Notes: generated by a model from the letters alone, not told the origin. DNA of 60,538 nt, filler included, from Hausera hauseri (GCA_046269625.1; 11 parts of 11 records of this genome joined end to end with filler, not necessarily neighbours in it), one strand, 5' to 3'. Counted from the first letter of the whole stretch, positions 21,826 through 34,738 are shown. Made by a program: numbers and translations.

Positions 21826-22850
21826 TCGGCATTCAGAAGGTGTAGTAGTGCCTTTGCCAGACTTTTCCGTGACTTCTGGAGGCAAATTTAGTTTTTTTGA
21901 AAAGTAAACTAGGACGACTATTAGATAAAAAGGTTGCACGTGCGTCGTTCGTATCTGTTTTGAAAGTGCAGCGTGGAATGCATTTACGGGCTTGATTTTG
22001 AAACTTTGCGTGGTAAATGCAAACAATGGTGTCCTAGAAAAAGCTTTTATTATAAAATTTGCACCCTAGGCAACATTTCTTGGCATTCTTATTGAATCTG
22101 CTGTGGTAGTGGCAGATAGACGAACGCGCAGGTGATGGTAACCGGTTTCTAGATGCAGAATGGGCGCGGTCAGCAACAAAATCCCTTCGTCGGGACACGG
22201 AAAGTTCATTTAATTTGTTGTTTAGATTGTTAATTGTTGCTTGTAGTGCTGTATTTTCGGCAGGTAACTGATTTAGTTGTTGATTTATTGATGTGTTTTT
22301 GTTTTTTATACCGGTAGTGGCAACTGTCGCCGAAATGACTGGTGGGAAATTTAAGTGTAGAACGTCGTGTGTTGTATTGGCTAATTCGGCCAATTTCTCA
22401 AGAGCCGTGGAGTCCTCCACCACGGTAAGTAGGTCCCGAATTTGGATGGGCAACGCGTTGATGAAGTTGTGACGCAGTAATTCTGGATTTTATTCTTTAT
22501 TGACACGAAGGGTTTGTTGATGTGCTAAAACAGTGCGTAAAATCTGATGGTCGTTGTGTGCCTATAGCATTGTCGTAAAAGAAGCGTTGTATTATCGTGC
22601 CCTTTGAGGGTTCTGTGGTCTTAAGAACAGCGTTGAAAAGTTGTGAATATGGGTCAGGAAGTTCAGAGATTTCGAGGATGTTGTGAATTTGTGTTTTGAT
22701 GCTTTTAAGGCTTAAGAAGAGGAGACTGTGTGCTTTGGTTAAGGAATCGGTGATATTATTTGCTTGTAGCCACAGCTCGTGGAATTTAAACGAAGTTTTG
22801 CTGAAGCCTGGTTGTCAATGAAGAATTCGGTGCAGTGAGGGAAAGGAGTG
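21826..22850 (-). mobile_element. Gypsy gag fragment, same family as the contig 11 element
   Basis: LPIQIRDLL..LEKLAELA and the Cys/His motif ICHYHSRFNKNAKKC. About 21826-22370 is clearly similar at nucleotide level to about 59235-59755. Confidence 0.8.
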
Positions 22851-23997
22851 GAAGGTGTAGTAGGTGAAAAGTTATTGGCAGAGATAGGGGTGGATTTTTG
22901 AAGGAGTATAACAGATTTTGGTTTCGTGGCGGTTTTATCCGTGGTGTCGACGAATTCATGCCACCACGGATGCGGAAGTGTATGTGGAGATGGGTATAAG
23001 TTGAAGAAGATAGTAGGGTTCCGGAGATAGGTACTGTGGAGCCATTGTGCATGATGTAAAAGTCAGATGAGCGACGAAAAGTGGTTATGACGTTGTGGGT
23101 AGCTGCAGTGTTTAAGTGTGTTAGTGCCGTTGTGTAAATGTTTGTTATTTAAAAAAAAGAAGGAATACGGTGTGGTCGTGTAGCCAGGGGCGTGTCCTGG
23201 GGCGTCAGCGAACGGTGCCGTCTGACCCAATGGCATAGGGTGGGCGGCCGGAACTTCAGCCTCATCGCGGCGAATCCCAATCTTCAGGTTGACCGAGCTC
23301 CACGCAGAAATGGTAGGTCTGGGACGCGTATTATCGGGCGTGTATATTTGACAACTATTAGAATTACACAGTTTCACAGATAAGGTATAAATATGTGCTT
23401 TGCCCGTTTGTAAGACCCGAATGTTCTCTCGTAGTGAAATAGGAAATGTCAAGAATCGCGTTTCAACGACCGGTAAAATGGGTGCAGGATGTCAGACTTC
23501 ATCTGTAATATGTTTGTCAAGAAGTGTAGCTACAATTTGGGCGTATTTTTTGCTGTAAGAGTTGAGCGCTGAGTATCAGGGACTGTGGTGTCACTGTTGT
23601 TGGCTTGGAGGACATATTGATCGCTCGAAAGTTTTACTTCTATAGATGATCTTTAACTATGTATGTACATTTTATAGGATATGTAAATGATAGGGACCAG
23701 GTATATGTATTGTGGCGATAAAGCAATATTAGCTATGAGTAGAAGGCTAACATCTTTACTATGTATAATATTTTTGACTTTTTGGTCGTGAAATATTAAA
23801 AGAAGTCTAGTGGACCCTGATTTCAGACCGCTGACTAACATGATAAAATGTATGGAATGGATAAAAGGAAATCCTTTTATTAATTTATAAATGACGATCA
23901 GTATTACCGTGTTCCGTTGCATATTACCCATTGCTGTACATTGCCGGCGAATATCCTTGATGTATGCGTCTGGCCGCCGGCGGATTGCTGAATGTGC

Positions 23998-24306
23998 ACT
24001 CAGCAATCTCAGATCACCTAGTTCTTTAGGCGTATAGAAAACAACTGGAGAAAATCTAGCAGGTGTTTTTGAATTCAGACCGATCTTTATACGCGTTTGT
24101 ATTTTATTCTCGCACTTGACAAGAAGGTGCGACAGTTCCAGTGTGCCTATAATTAGTTCTCTAAAATAAGTCATCAAAGCGATAAGAGCAGTATTTCGAC
24201 AATCGCCAGGCCAGCATTTTTTATTGTTATACCCAACAATGTTTTCATTATCCGGATCCGGATTCTCGTTTAAATAAGGCTGAAGCAAATCCCGAGCCTC
24301 TTCAGC
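23998..24306 (-). pseudogene. PRPF8: Second PRP8 pseudogene fragment, internally deleted
   Basis: [37 protein letters not shown] is fused directly to [13 protein letters not shown]...[33 protein letters not shown]. Confidence 0.92.
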
Positions 24307-24879
24307 CATGTGGAATGAAACCCAATTTCTCGACGGATCGAGATGGTTATCCACCAGTACCACCCAAATTAAATGCCCGTATTCCGATGGAGTCATTTGT
24401 TGGTGCATGGAAATTCGATAGGGCAGCAATTCTGGTGCGGTGTTTTGGATTTTGTGTCGATTACAAATAAATTCTAAATGATCGAAACAACACAGAAAAC
24501 GTCTGATTGAAATAAACGTCACAATGAGGCTGTTAGAATTCAATCGGTTGGTCGGCCAGAGCGGATTCATTCGATGAAAATCGGCTGACGATGTCTTTTG
24601 TTTCTAATGTTAAGATGTGAGTCGAATGTAAATCAAATTCCGAGAGTAATTTCGTAGCTTTAACACACGCCGAATTGGAATCAACGTAATATTTCTGAAT
24701 GACTCCGGCATTGTTGATTCTGCTGGGGATCAGTTGAGACCTGGTTCAATTTCCATTCAACGGTTTGAATCAGATCGATGTTGATTTCTTTATGAAATAA
24801 TTTCAGCAAAGTCCATGGCTGTTGCATGTGGTAAAAGCTGATGGTGGTCGGTTCAATTGTTCCATGTTGTGTGACAATC

Positions 24880-25640
24880 CAATAACTGTATCCATCGATT
24901 TTCTGACACAATTTGTTATGCTCTGTTAAAACATAAAAATCAAAATCAATAAATCCTTCAATATCAAAAAGTGTTTTCTGCTTTAAAATAGCTTTCCCAA
25001 AACACAAAATCTTATACAATATTCCTTATGTAACAAACCATATATTCCAAAAAACGAATTAGTTTCACATCGATAGATGTCATCTCCAGGTGAATAATAA
25101 GCACAAATATCCATACGATTATGAAAAGAAATTTTATATTTGAAATATTGCAAGCAAAATTCACAAATGGAAATAACAAAAAAATTTGTTACATTTTCCG
25201 GATAATCACTGGAAAACCAAATAGAAAGTTCCAAATTCCAAATACATTTTTCTTAATTCTATATTTCATATCATCTAGTGATGAAATGGCATTTAAATTT
25301 CCTTCGTCAACATTTAATCGAAATATTATTTCGAAATATTTCAACACTTCTGGTAATTGATCAGAAACAACTGATTGCTGAATTCTTCTAAAATGGTATA
25401 TTGAATAATTCGATGTGATACCAGTAAGTTTAAGTTCCTTAATTAAAATATCGGAAATATCAAAATTAGTATCATTAGACACTCGTTTTCCTTCTTCTCT
25501 GTACACATGTCGTTCGATTCTGTTTTTGTTGAACTATGATAATTAGGACATGAAGCAGTTGGTAAATGAAAACCTCCTTTTCCATTTACGTAACCAGACG
25601 AATTGCAATTTACGAAAGGACATTTTGACATTTCGGAATA
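24880..25640 (-). pseudogene. KAT7: MYST histone acetyltransferase (KAT7/HBO1-like) pseudogene, frameshifted and truncated
   Basis: C2HC finger CPFVNCNSSGYVNGK..FHLPTASCPNYH; LTGITSNYSIYHFRRIQ resembles HBO1; MYST motifs FGIWELSIWFSSDYP, ICEFCLQY, PGDDIYR, YCIRFCVLGKLF, KTLFD, FYVLTE, spread over several frames. Confidence 0.8.
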
Positions 25641-25834
25641 AGCAGTCAAAAAACGAATTTAAACAAACTTTGTCTGCAAAAACTGTTACGGAAAATGTTA
25701 AATAAAATGTCCGGTAAATCTGGTAAATTTTTGAGCATCGTTTCAATGACAAGTATGATATTTTCCATGCCAACATTTTAAATCAACGATGTTATGGATG
25801 ACCAAAAATAAAAGCAGAGCCGAGTCGGATTAGA

Positions 25835-26120
25835 TTACGGCTTAACATCAACACTCGAAGAGACATCAAACTATCTAGTCCTGATATCTATTCGATCCTA
25901 TTGTCATAGAGATCTGACAGAATCAATTTACAAAGTTTGTCCAAATGTTGAATTTTAGTAATATAATTGTATTGGAAATTGAGCAGTCGCAAATTTTCTT
26001 CATTTTCCAAAATCGGACAACTCGTGAAATTTTGCCGATTTAGACAGATTCGGTCAGGCCTTTTCGCCTTTTCTTCTACTGTTCGCCGTATAACAATTGT
26101 AGGAATAGTTGATTTGTCTG
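25835..26120 (-). pseudogene. LRRC49: LRRC49-like leucine-rich-repeat gene fragment
   Basis: RTVEEKAKRPDRICLNRQNFTSCPILENEENLRLLNFQYNYITKIQHL..L..L..DLYDNRIE*ISGLDSLMSLRVLML matches the LRRC49 N-terminal LRR region; in-frame stop at 25888. Confidence 0.75.
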
Positions 26121-26974
26121 ATGAATAAAAGGCACGCTTAGACAAAATCTGCTTTTGGAAATGTAGGATGAATGAATCCTCCCGGCAATCAAAAGTAGTT
26201 CTTTGTTTTCTCGTTGTGGAATAGATAATTTTGAAAGTTTCTACTCAGATATTTGGAAACACAGTAAGATGTTTTGCTTCTGGCACTCTGAAATATATTG
26301 ACAAATTGATCTGGTAGATTAAATGTGAACCTGTGGATTTCGCGTGTCGCTGATAGTTTGCATCTTGTGGATGAACTAAGTTTGAAATACAAACGTACAT
26401 AATCAAATTTGCGACAAATTTGATATTTAGTAACAAATCAAATGTGTTCGAAATTCTCGATGATCAACAGAATATTGCAAAATTACACTGGAAAAACAGC
26501 AACATTATTGAATCTGTTGCGTCCTTCGTTCCATTTACGGTGTTGATATGGGGATAGTAATCTAATTGTCAAATCCGTAGAGCAGTTTCATTACATCGAG
26601 ATCTGAAAAATCATTTTCCTCAATAAACAGAGGCAAATTTCTAACGTACACATTCGATAATGGAAACGCAGTTGATTTCACCGTACATTCATCTGTTGTA
26701 AACAATAACGATTTCCTGTTGAGAAACCCGTCGCCATGCGTTAAATTGTTCATTGTCCGAGTTATAATACAAAACTGTGACAAAACTCCTCGTCAGAGAA
26801 TGCAAGACAAGTTGTAGAGTTCCCAAATTTTCATTAATAACATTTTCATTGTAAGAAAAATTGTCAAATTTTTGAGGTGGAAGATCAAGTCCGATTATGG
26901 GTCCGACGCGGCGACAGCGGACATCCGGCCATGCCCAACCAAATGGGCAAAAGGCACCGGTCGCGGTGGGCACC

Positions 26975-27424
26975 ACAACATCCTTTGTCTTTTTGAAACG
27001 TTAAAAATTGACATTCGATTCTCGTCAGTTAATAATACTTTTCCCAAAACTGGGGAGGCTTTTCAACATATTTCTTAGCAAACCTCATACACATTTGCTT
27101 GTGTCTGGTTGGAAGTAACGGTTTGGGTCGTGGGAAATTTGACCTTATACCCATTTTATGCAGGTAATTATAAATTGTTTTTTTTATCACAGAAATCCCA
27201 AATTCATTCCTAACCAATCTCATCATCGAAGCGGCTGAATCTCATCCTACTTGCTGAAAGAATGCTAAGTCTACCATCATTTTCATATGAATTTGTTATT
27301 TTGCCAGTTTCCTTAAACAATTTTACTATTTTCGATATCACACCAATTGAAATATTTAAGTTATTACTAATCTGTCTAAAACTATTAACATTTCTTACCC
27401 TCTGCATTATCAACTGATGCATTC
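26975..27424 (-). mobile_element. Tc1-family transposase N-terminal fragment
   Basis: HTH SFRQISNNLNISIGVISKIVKLFKETG, TIYNYLHKMG..PRPKPLL..RHKQMCMRFAK, FWEK..LTDE; frameshifted. Confidence 0.8.
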
Positions 27425-27530
27425 NNNNNNNNNNNNNNNNNNNNNNNNNNNNNNNNNNNNNNNNNNNNTTAATTAATTAANNNNNNNNNNNNNNNNNNNN
27501 NNNNNNNNNNNNNNNNNNNNNNNNTATTCA

Positions 27531-28169
27531 GTGGCCAAGGACACGTACCTGTGTCCCGTGTGTTTTATTCAAAACACATGCCCGTACGCCGACTTTTATG
27601 AGATGCACAATCATCATCTCGGTCCGTTCACGCGTTCCAAGATGATGATTGTGCATTGCCCCACGTATCCGCGATACTGTAGTAGTAGTAGAGTGCATGA
27701 CGCTGATGGTTGCTATAGTGTAATGGAGCAGTACTATGGCGCCACAACGGTGCACCGTAAACGGGCCTACGTTTGTCCCAGTTGTTCTATATTTGATGAA
27801 ATCAATTATGAACAATTCTACAACACTCACAAGGAACACTTGGACCAGTTCCAGAGGTCCAAAAAGAAAATATTAATGGACGCAGAAAGAAGCAGCAAGA
27901 AACGTCAAGCATCAGCAAGCCTTGACGAATACTTTGAAAACGACAGAAGTCAGAAATACCAACAACAGCAGCAGGAGGAACGTGAACCGCACATTAATAT
28001 CAAGTACGACCTGAACAGATCGTACGTGAACATGAAGGTGGACATGTCGACGAAAACAGCAGAGCAATTGAAGGATGTACTCGCTAATGTGCGTAACCGG
28101 TTGGAATCAGCTGGCCAAATTCCAACAACACCACTGCAAAGTGCAATATTATGCACTTGCAGAATTTGA
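27531..28169 (+). CDS. Cys/His-rich hypothetical protein upstream of pPolB (probably Polinton-encoded, 5' end at contig edge)
   Basis: Two similar units, YLCPVC..YADFYEMHNHHL and YVCPSC..YEQFYNTHKEHL. Same strand and similar composition as the polymerase. Confidence 0.5.
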   Translation: MAKDTYLCPVCFIQNTCPYADFYEMHNHHLGPFTRSKMMIVHCPTYPRYCSSSRVHDADGCYSVMEQYYGATTVHRKRAYVCPSCSIFDEINYEQFYNTHKEHLDQFQRSKKKILMDAERSSKKRQASASLDEYFENDRSQKYQQQQQEEREPHINIKYDLNRSYVNMKVDMSTKTAEQLKDVLANVRNRLESAGQIPTTPLQSAILCTCRI

Positions 28170-28239
28170 AAATCTGCAGGGTGACAAGAAACAATGGTAC
28201 CTGTCACATTAAGCCGTACCATACTCTGAGGATTTTATA

Positions 28240-31200
28240 GCCGATGTAGGCGAAAAGCTTTACGAAAAAATTGCCAACTACACCGAAAAGGGACGTGGTT
28301 GGCAAGTTGTAAAGATTGTCTCTCTCGGCTTTATTCTGACCAAGACGAGTGATATGATTTACCTGTCTGGACGTTCATTCATACCAACACATGCAACCTT
28401 GAAGCAGTCTCTGGTGGTAGTGAATGTACAAAATACTAACGACAAATACTGCTTTATTTACAGCATATTGAAATATAATCAAGTGTCCAGACATCATGCA
28501 AATTATCCAAAGCAGTACAGTAAGCATTTCTCAGAATTGGACTACGACGAGTGTTGGATGTCAATGAAACTCAAAACCATTCCGGCTTTTGATCGGCGTA
28601 ATGCGACACTGACAATCAACGTGTCCCGGTAAAACACAATCGTAGAAATACCAGCAGACGAAGAGATACAAAAACCCACACGTGGATATAATTTATCGCA
28701 GTCGGAACCCGAATGGACGATGGTAAATTTATTGCTGTTGAAACAAGTAGATAAATTTCACTACGTGGCAGTAACCAATGTAGACAGACTGTTGAACATG
28801 GATCACCACCAATTCATCAAAAAGCGTATAAATTGTAAATGGTGCCCTACATGCCTGTATGGTTTCAGGTCAAAAACGTGTCGCTGTGCAGATAAAATTC
28901 AATAGGGACAACAATGTACGTCATGCCAGTCAAAAAGGAGCTGAGATTCAGTGACTGGTTGGAAACAGACAGTCCGGTATATGTGGTATATGCCGATATC
29001 GAGGCAATCCTATCGTGGCACAACGTATACGACCAAAAGCACATTCCAATCGCCGTCGCTATGTTGGTTGTTTCAATAAAAGCCACTGGACAACTGCAAT
29101 ATTACGTTTTTCATGGCTGGAACTGTATACCCGATTTCCTGCAACAGTTGGAAACGATAGTGGAAACGGAAATCGCACCGTGGTACAGTAACAATAACAC
29201 TAAGCCCTTGATATGGACAGATGAATATGAACCGCTGCTCTTCGCTGCCACCCATGAACGTTACTTCTGCCACAAAATATTTCCTTTTGATGAACAGGAA
29301 CGGCTCGTACAGGACCATGACCATTTCACCGGTCGATACCTGGGAGTAGCATGCAACGCATGCAATTTAACAAGGCGTGTGCGGCCATTTGCGGTGATCT
29401 TTCATAATTTCCGAAATTATGATTGTCACCATATACTGAAATGGGCCATCAATAGATTTCCGCACTGGGCACTGTCCATAATCCCAAAAACAACGGAGAA
29501 GTACCTGCCCCTGTCAGCATGCATAAACCGGTTCCAGGTACGCTTCCTTGATTCATTGCAATTTCTCAATGAATCATTGGCGAAGCTGGTAAATGCCTTG
29601 CCGGATGTGCCAATAACCTCAACGCAATTCCCCGCATATTGCACGAAGCATAGGCATATTTCCATGACTTTTCAACATCATATGAGAGACTCCGGACAGC
29701 AGAGGAATTACCGCCGAGATGGATAGGCATCATAGAAGATGAATATCAGAGATCACAAGAATCTTGGACAGAACTGGGCTGTAGAAACATGTTGGATTAC
29801 ACGCTCCAGTATCTTAAACTGGATGTGTACTTATTAGCCGATGTGTTCCAGGCGTTTCGAGCGAAAGCGTTTGCGGAAGATAGGCTGGAGCCACTCAACT
29901 TATATTCAATACCCGGAATGAGTTGGGCATCAGCTCTGATGTCACTGGATCGGGATATCGAGCTATTGCAAGAACCGGAAATGTAACGAATGTTTGATGT
30001 TGGTATTCGTGGCGGCATGACATTTGTCAACAAACATCAAGTAACCAGTGATGATACCACATCACTGTTGTATATCGACATTAATAACCCGTATGGCTGG
30101 GCGCTTTCACAACCCTTTCCGTACGGTTCATTCGAATGGGTAGTCGACAAACAAGACCCGGACACAATACTGGAAAATGTGTCGAGAGCAGACACAAGAG
30201 CAAAAAACAGCTCAATTTGATACCTGATGGAGGTCGATCTCGTGGTACCAGATAAGCTGCATGACTTTTTGGATGAACTTCCTGTCGCACCAATTAGCCA
30301 ATGTCCGCCGGGCTCGAAGGTAAAGAAGATGCTTATGACACATGAACTCAAGCGAAATTACATAGTTCATTGGCGTCTGTTGCAATTTTACATGCAGTTG
30401 AGTGTACGCGTAATACGGCTACATCGCGCAATCCGATTTGCTCAGGCTCCCATATTTAAGACGTACATAAATGGAAATTCGGAGAAACGCGCCGCAGCTT
30501 GCACAAAGTTGGAAAAGAACTACTACAAGCTGAAAAACAATTCCCTGTATGGGAAAACAGTGGAGAATCTGAAAAAGCGGCTCAATGTACGCCTATGCAA
30601 TAAAGAAAAGCGGTTGGTCACGTGCACGAGTAAGGCGCAGTTTCGGAGGTCAATGCACATTACCAATGGATTGGTTGTCGTGCTTTTAAACAGAGCAGTC
30701 GTTTTGGACCGGCCAAGTTACATCGGACAAGTGGTATTGGACATGAGCAAGTTGCGGATGTATGAGCTGGAGTATCGCGATTTGGCACGTTACCGGCAAA
30801 TGTTCGGCGACGGCGGCGGCAAAATAAATATAATTGCTGGTGACACAGAGTTTTTCTTGGAACTGGAAAACGTCAATCGCGAACAACTAAAGAAAATGAT
30901 GGCAGCCGGATTACTGGACACGTTCAATTACCCACAGAATCATCCATGTCATAACAAACAAAGAAAGTAAAGGGCGGGTTCAGTATCGGAAATGGGTATT
31001 CTACGGCCAAAATGTTAGTCTTTCAACTGACTGTGGACCGAAAATGCGCGCCAAAGGAGTTCAGTTGGCCCAGACGGAAATAAATAACGGTGATTATCGC
31101 CGTGTCTATGAAGGAGAAAAATCAAGAGCTGTTGCGTCTCAAACGATCATACGATCGATTGAGCACCAGCTGTATACGGTGACCAATACAAGTCGCTTTA

Positions 31201-31275
31201 TCATGCAGTGATGATAAGCGCAAGTGGGTGGGGAGGAATAAGATTTTGGCGTACGGACATCGTCGTTTGGAATAA
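28240..31275 (+). mobile_element. Polinton/Maverick-type protein-primed DNA polymerase B, pseudogenised
   Basis: KGRGW, VNVQNTNDKYCF, VNLLLL..HYV, Exo I VVYADIE, DHDHFTGRYLGVACNACN, Exo II IFHNFRNYD, FLDSLQFL, YLKLDVYLLADVF, GIRGG, YIDINNPYG, KLKNNSLYGKT, GDT, AKGV, terminal DDKR..AYGH with stop at 31273; many stops and frameshifts. Confidence 0.92.
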
Positions 31276-32663
31276 AACACGCATGAATTCAGTGCTGATG
31301 GTACAAACAGATCAAATTACTATGACAATTCACTGTGATCTGTTTGTTTTGTATAAATAATGTATATTGTTCGTTGTTTTTGCCTTTTGTTTTATTATCA
31401 TTTAATTTAACTATATACATGTATACATTTGACTTAATGTGACGAGAAACTATTAAAAAAAGTAAAATCAATAAATTTATTAATCAAATTTGTGAGGATA
31501 TAATGGAGAACAAAAATTCTAAATTTAAATTAGACAGATTTTCAAATTTAAATTAAGTCTGATTTAAATTTAAAAAATTTGTTTCCAAATAAATATTTTG
31601 GATAATAAAAAATTTTCTACAACTGTTGTTTACTTTCCAATGAGTAATTTCNNNNNNNNNNNNNNNNNNNNNNNNNNNNNNNNNNNNNNNNNNNNTTAAT
31701 TAATTAANNNNNNNNNNNNNNNNNNNNNNNNNNNNNNNNNNNNNNNNNNNNCCCACCTACGGTCCAACTGGTTCGACCAAAAAATGTTTTCCTAAAGAAA
31801 TTTATACATTTTCAAAGAATTGTATCACGATGCCCCCCCCATGTGTCAGTATAAAAGGCAAGTATATGCCAATTAATTAAATTCAAACTAACCACATCTA
31901 AAGTAATAAACAGTTCTTCACCAGATGCCAATCGTTGTGAAGATTCTCTAATAATATCACTAGCGTTTTTCCATGACTTCTCCATTTCACGAGCATTGCG
32001 AAGTCCGTCGTCCACATCACGTTCCAATTGTTCACAAAATTGTTTGTATATACCGAATATTTCTGTACCATATTCGTGAGCTTTCTTACGTAATAATTAT
32101 CGTTTTTTTACAATTCCGAAACGACAAAATCTCACTTTTATTTTATCGATTATTTCATTGTTCTCGTTTCCCAACGCTTCATTTTCACTCGTCGCTGAAC
32201 CAATCGACGATTCTGAATATTTGTCAATAATTCGTTGTTTGAGTACGTTTATCCAATGGACAGATGGCCGAATTTCGTTCTCCATGTTTAACATGTTTCA
32301 GGCTGACTCTGTCGGAGAGCGACAGCCTTCGCAGACAGAGCTACAAGCAGCAGCAGGTGGTCCATGGTCCTCAGGAACCCCAGGCAGACTCTGACCTCGG
32401 GCAGAGAGACGGGAGTCCTGATGGAGCACCAGCAACAGGCCATGGTCACTGATGAGTCCAGGGTTCTGAGAACCCCTGAAGCAGACAGACAGGAAGTAGA
32501 CGTGACACAAAGCCTCTATAAACCAATCAGAGTGAACTTCAGAGCTGTGGGTCTGATGGTCCCTCTGAGGGAGGACCCCCACCAGGTTCCGAAGAGGGAG
32601 TGAAGCAGTGAGGTGAAAGATCAGAACCACAGATCTGGAAATGTTAGGCAGCCTGTAACAGAT

Positions 32664-32853
32664 GTTCCCTTTCAGTCAGTTCACTGCGGTGCAACACATC
32701 AGTATGGGAAATGCGCCCCCGCGCGTTCACCTTGTGAAGCATATATAAAACGCCTGTTAAGGCCGGAGAGGCGTCAGCGTCACCAAGGGGCTCCGCCCCC
32801 TTGGTATAAAAGACGCTGCACGTCTCGAGTCCGCCATCTACTTGCACTTCACC
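32664..32853 (+). repeat. DIRS left terminal repeat region
   Basis: 32763-32853 is the reverse complement of about 38373-38463. Contains TATAAAA near 32805 and the hairpin ACCAAGGGG...CCCCTTGGT. Confidence 0.9.
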
Positions 32854-33178
32854 TCGCTTCACCGTGAACTTCGCAGGATCTTCAGTGGCTGAACCGTCCG
32901 ACCGGAGGTGAGCGTGCTCCCTACCCAGGGCGTCACTTGAAGACTTTTCTCCTGCGAAAGCCTAGCTTAGCGCTGCTAGCTAGCTGTGTTAACGTTTAGC
33001 TTGCTAACGTTACTTCCGAGGCTGTTTCGTCGTTCTGTTTAGCGCCGCTAACTGAACCACGCGCGCTCCCTGTTTAGCTTGCTAACTGGGCCGCCCGCAC
33101 ACGAACAGCTCAGCGAGACAAGACTCCGAACCTGTTTAGCACCGCTAACTGGTTCTGGAAGAAGAGCCTCTCCTCGAC

Positions 33179-34738
33179 ATGGCTCCGGAGAAGAGCAAGA
33201 GGAAGGCAAAGACCTCGGGCGACGCCAGTAGACCGGGAAGTCCCGGGTCACGGCCGTGCCCGAGCGCATGCGGCTTCTTCATATCGGCGACGGACACCCA
33301 CGAGGCCTGCCCGATGTGCCTGGGAATGCTGCACGCTAAAGAAGCCCTGGCCACCCCGGAGTCGTGCTTGCACTGCAGCCAACTCCGCGAATCGGTGCGC
33401 CAGAGGCGGATGGACTTCGTAGCCAGAGCGATGAGCTCCAACGTGGCTAGAGACCCGCTCCTGTCCGAATCCCTCAGACCCTCAGCGGAGCTGGAGTCTG
33501 ACGACTTGGAGGACAGCGGCGCGATGAGCTGGGGCGACCAGATGGACAGTCTCCTTCCCCAGGTGGGAAAGACTGACACCACCGACTTCGAGATGCTCCA
33601 CGCGGACGAGGTTTCGCTGCTAGCATCAGGCGAACTGTCGGAAGAGGATCAAGACGACGAAGGAGAAGTCGAAGACCTCACTCAGGAGGCCACGACGGCT
33701 CCAGTCGAGACGGACGGCACCACCCCAGCTCTATTCGACTTGTGCCGCAGAGCGGCCGAGTTCTTGAAGGTGTCATGGCCTGCCCCCCCTCCTCGTCAAC
33801 AGCTAACGAGGCTGGCGGGCAACTATTTTCTGCCGAAACAACAAGCCACGGTGAGACACAAAATGCCTGTGTTCCCGGACTTCTTAACAGAGCTGACTCG
33901 ATCATGGTCCACACCAAAGGCCCAACTGTACCTGCCTTTAGCCCAGTTCCTGGACGTCGAAGGCATGGAACAAGCAGGACTGGCTCACATCCCACAGATG
34001 GATGAGACGTTAGCCTCGCACCTGGCGCCGAAAACCTCGAGCTCCAAACCAACGCTCCCCAGCAAGCAGTGTCGTTTCTCCGCACTCCAGCTGGAGAAGA
34101 CGTACCGTGCACAAGGCCTCTCAGCCCGGGCGCTGAACACGGCCTCCCTGCTTCAAGCCTACCAGGCTGAAAAGCTACAAGAGCTGCAACAGACGACTTC
34201 AAAGCGTAAGGCAGCAGAAACGCTGGAGGAGGCCCGCAGAGCCGCGGACTTCATCCTCCGCCTAACTGGAGCTGCAGCCGTCGCCCTGGGAAAGGCCATG
34301 GCTGAGACTGTGATCGCTCAGAGACATTTATGGCTCACGCTGACTGAGCTCCCAGAGAGCCAACGTGCAGCCTTCCTTCATCAAGCTGTGGAGCCCACAG
34401 GCCTGTTCGGCAGCGCCCTGGAGAAAATCCAGAGCCGATGCGACCAGAGGAAGAAACAAGAGGAGGCCCTACGTGAAGGCCTGCCCAGGAGACACTTCTC
34501 ACAGCCCAGAGACACAAGTTGTCCCGGGGTCACGTCACAACGTCAAAACTCTGCCCCCAGACGCCCGGCACACAAGAGGCCGACGCTCGAGGCTGAGCAG
34601 AGGACGACTCCCTCGTCAGAGCAACGTGGACGCGCTCCTCAGGGCCAATCGTGGTCAAAGAACCGGTTTGCCTCGAGACAAGCGGGACAGCTCAGGACTT
34701 CTTCGACGGGGAGAGACAGAAAGCCGAAGTCAGCCTAA
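33179..34738 (+). CDS. DIRS ORF1 (Gag-like), 519 aa
   Basis: N-terminal Cys/His cluster CPSACG..DTHEACPMCLG..H..CLHC and RHLWL..LFG motifs typical of fish DIRS ORF1. Confidence 0.9.
   Translation: MAPEKSKRKAKTSGDASRPGSPGSRPCPSACGFFISATDTHEACPMCLGMLHAKEALATPESCLHCSQLRESVRQRRMDFVARAMSSNVARDPLLSESLRPSAELESDDLEDSGAMSWGDQMDSLLPQVGKTDTTDFEMLHADEVSLLASGELSEEDQDDEGEVEDLTQEATTAPVETDGTTPALFDLCRRAAEFLKVSWPAPPPRQQLTRLAGNYFLPKQQATVRHKMPVFPDFLTELTRSWSTPKAQLYLPLAQFLDVEGMEQAGLAHIPQMDETLASHLAPKTSSSKPTLPSKQCRFSALQLEKTYRAQGLSARALNTASLLQAYQAEKLQELQQTTSKRKAAETLEEARRAADFILRLTGAAAVALGKAMAETVIAQRHLWLTLTELPESQRAAFLHQAVEPTGLFGSALEKIQSRCDQRKKQEEALREGLPRRHFSQPRDTSCPGVTSQRQNSAPRRPAHKRPTLEAEQRTTPSSEQRGRAPQGQSWSKNRFASRQAGQLRTSSTGRDRKPKSA

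Noticed and set aside
23653-24570. 305-aa ORF as a functional PRP8-related gene
   Set aside because: Only about 100 internal codons are PRP8, with a large deletion; the flanks are unrelated sequence.
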